A stretch of DNA of 58,795 nt from Desulfurivibrionaceae bacterium (GTDB taxonomy: Bacteria; Desulfobacterota; Desulfobulbia; Desulfobulbales; Desulfurivibrionaceae). Below the pieces are notes generated by a model. It was not told the origin of the DNA. It saw only the letters and a program-made list of their open reading frames with translations, and did not search any database. Both the position numbers and the translations under genes were made by a program. The stretch spans positions 1 through 58,795 of the forward strand of contig JBAZSA010000001.1 of assembly GCA_041662645.1 (NCBI GenBank), given 5' to 3'. Shown in pieces: positions 58,478 to 58,795 of this stretch. The stretch's first letter is position 1. Every line of letters begins with the position of its first letter.

Positions 58478-58795
58478 ATGACCGTGTTGCATCGCATTTT
58501 TTCGCGCTGGGAGAAAAATCCTGGCTGTCAGCGTTTGGGCTGTGTTTTTCTGTTGGGGTGCGTTTTTTTTGCTGTTTCGGTCACGCCCTCCGGTGCATCG
58601 GGGAATCCCGATCTTGTTAAAACTTTTCAGGGACAAAAAACGGACATCATCAATGGGGTGGCCTGTTCACCCGACGGCAAAAAAATCGCCTCTGCCGGAG
58701 ATGATGGGACTGTCAAGGTTTGGGATTCTAATTCGGGCAAGGTTCTCCTTACCCTGGGCAAGGATTTGCAAGGGGCCGATGCGGTGGCTTTTTCC
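58478..58795 (+). CDS. WD40-repeat protein, 5' part (runs off the window; absent from the supplied ORF track)
   Basis: Manual translation MTVLHRIFSRW...CVFLLGCVFFAVSV...VACSPDGKKIASAGDDGTVKVWDSNSGK...AVAFS. Confidence 0.85.
   Translation, partial: MTVLHRIFSRWEKNPGCQRLGCVFLLGCVFFAVSVTPSGASGNPDLVKTFQGQKTDIINGVACSPDGKKIASAGDDGTVKVWDSNSGKVLLTLGKDLQGADAVAFS

Noticed and set aside
1-58795. CRISPR arrays, tRNA/rRNA genes, prophage or defence genes
   Set aside because: No regularly spaced repeats, cloverleaf signatures or recognisable phage or defence proteins were seen by eye

Overview
A gene-dense, GC-rich bacterial chromosome segment. The gene content (futalosine menaquinone pathway, Fur-FeoA fusion, CooC, many c-type cytochromes) suggests a Desulfobacterota organism, probably Desulfobulbales-like; this is an inference. 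Mostly housekeeping: a TetR-headed mqnE-mqnC-deaminase-mqnA-menG-ubiX-ubiA operon, PPIase, glgP, pal-skp, xseB-ispA-dxs, xerC-hslV-hslU, namZ-bpt-fur/feoA, hsp20-lon, ispH-ftsY-djlA-DUF3524, glgB, algH-speB-ykgJ-rlmH, rsfS-gpmI-thrC, PNP-mtaD, two tatA genes and a partial WD40 gene. No rRNA, tRNA, CRISPR array, prophage or intact transposase was recognised. Two candidate undescribed systems stand out. (1) A divergent sulfur-oxyanion redox island at about 48.7-54.7 kb: SorAB-type sulfite dehydrogenase plus a c6-like cytochrome on one strand, and TsdA followed by two cytochrome-bd(CydA)-like membrane subunits fused to c-type heme domains on the other. (2) A ZnuABC-type operon headed not by Zur but by a small ribbon-helix-helix protein with a Cys/His-rich tail, with a perfect palindrome lying inside its predicted promoter. 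A TetR operator-like palindrome over the start of the menaquinone operon, a Fur-FeoA fusion with a degenerate recognition helix, and several structured intergenic repeats are also noted. All assignments come from motif recognition by eye; no database searches were run.
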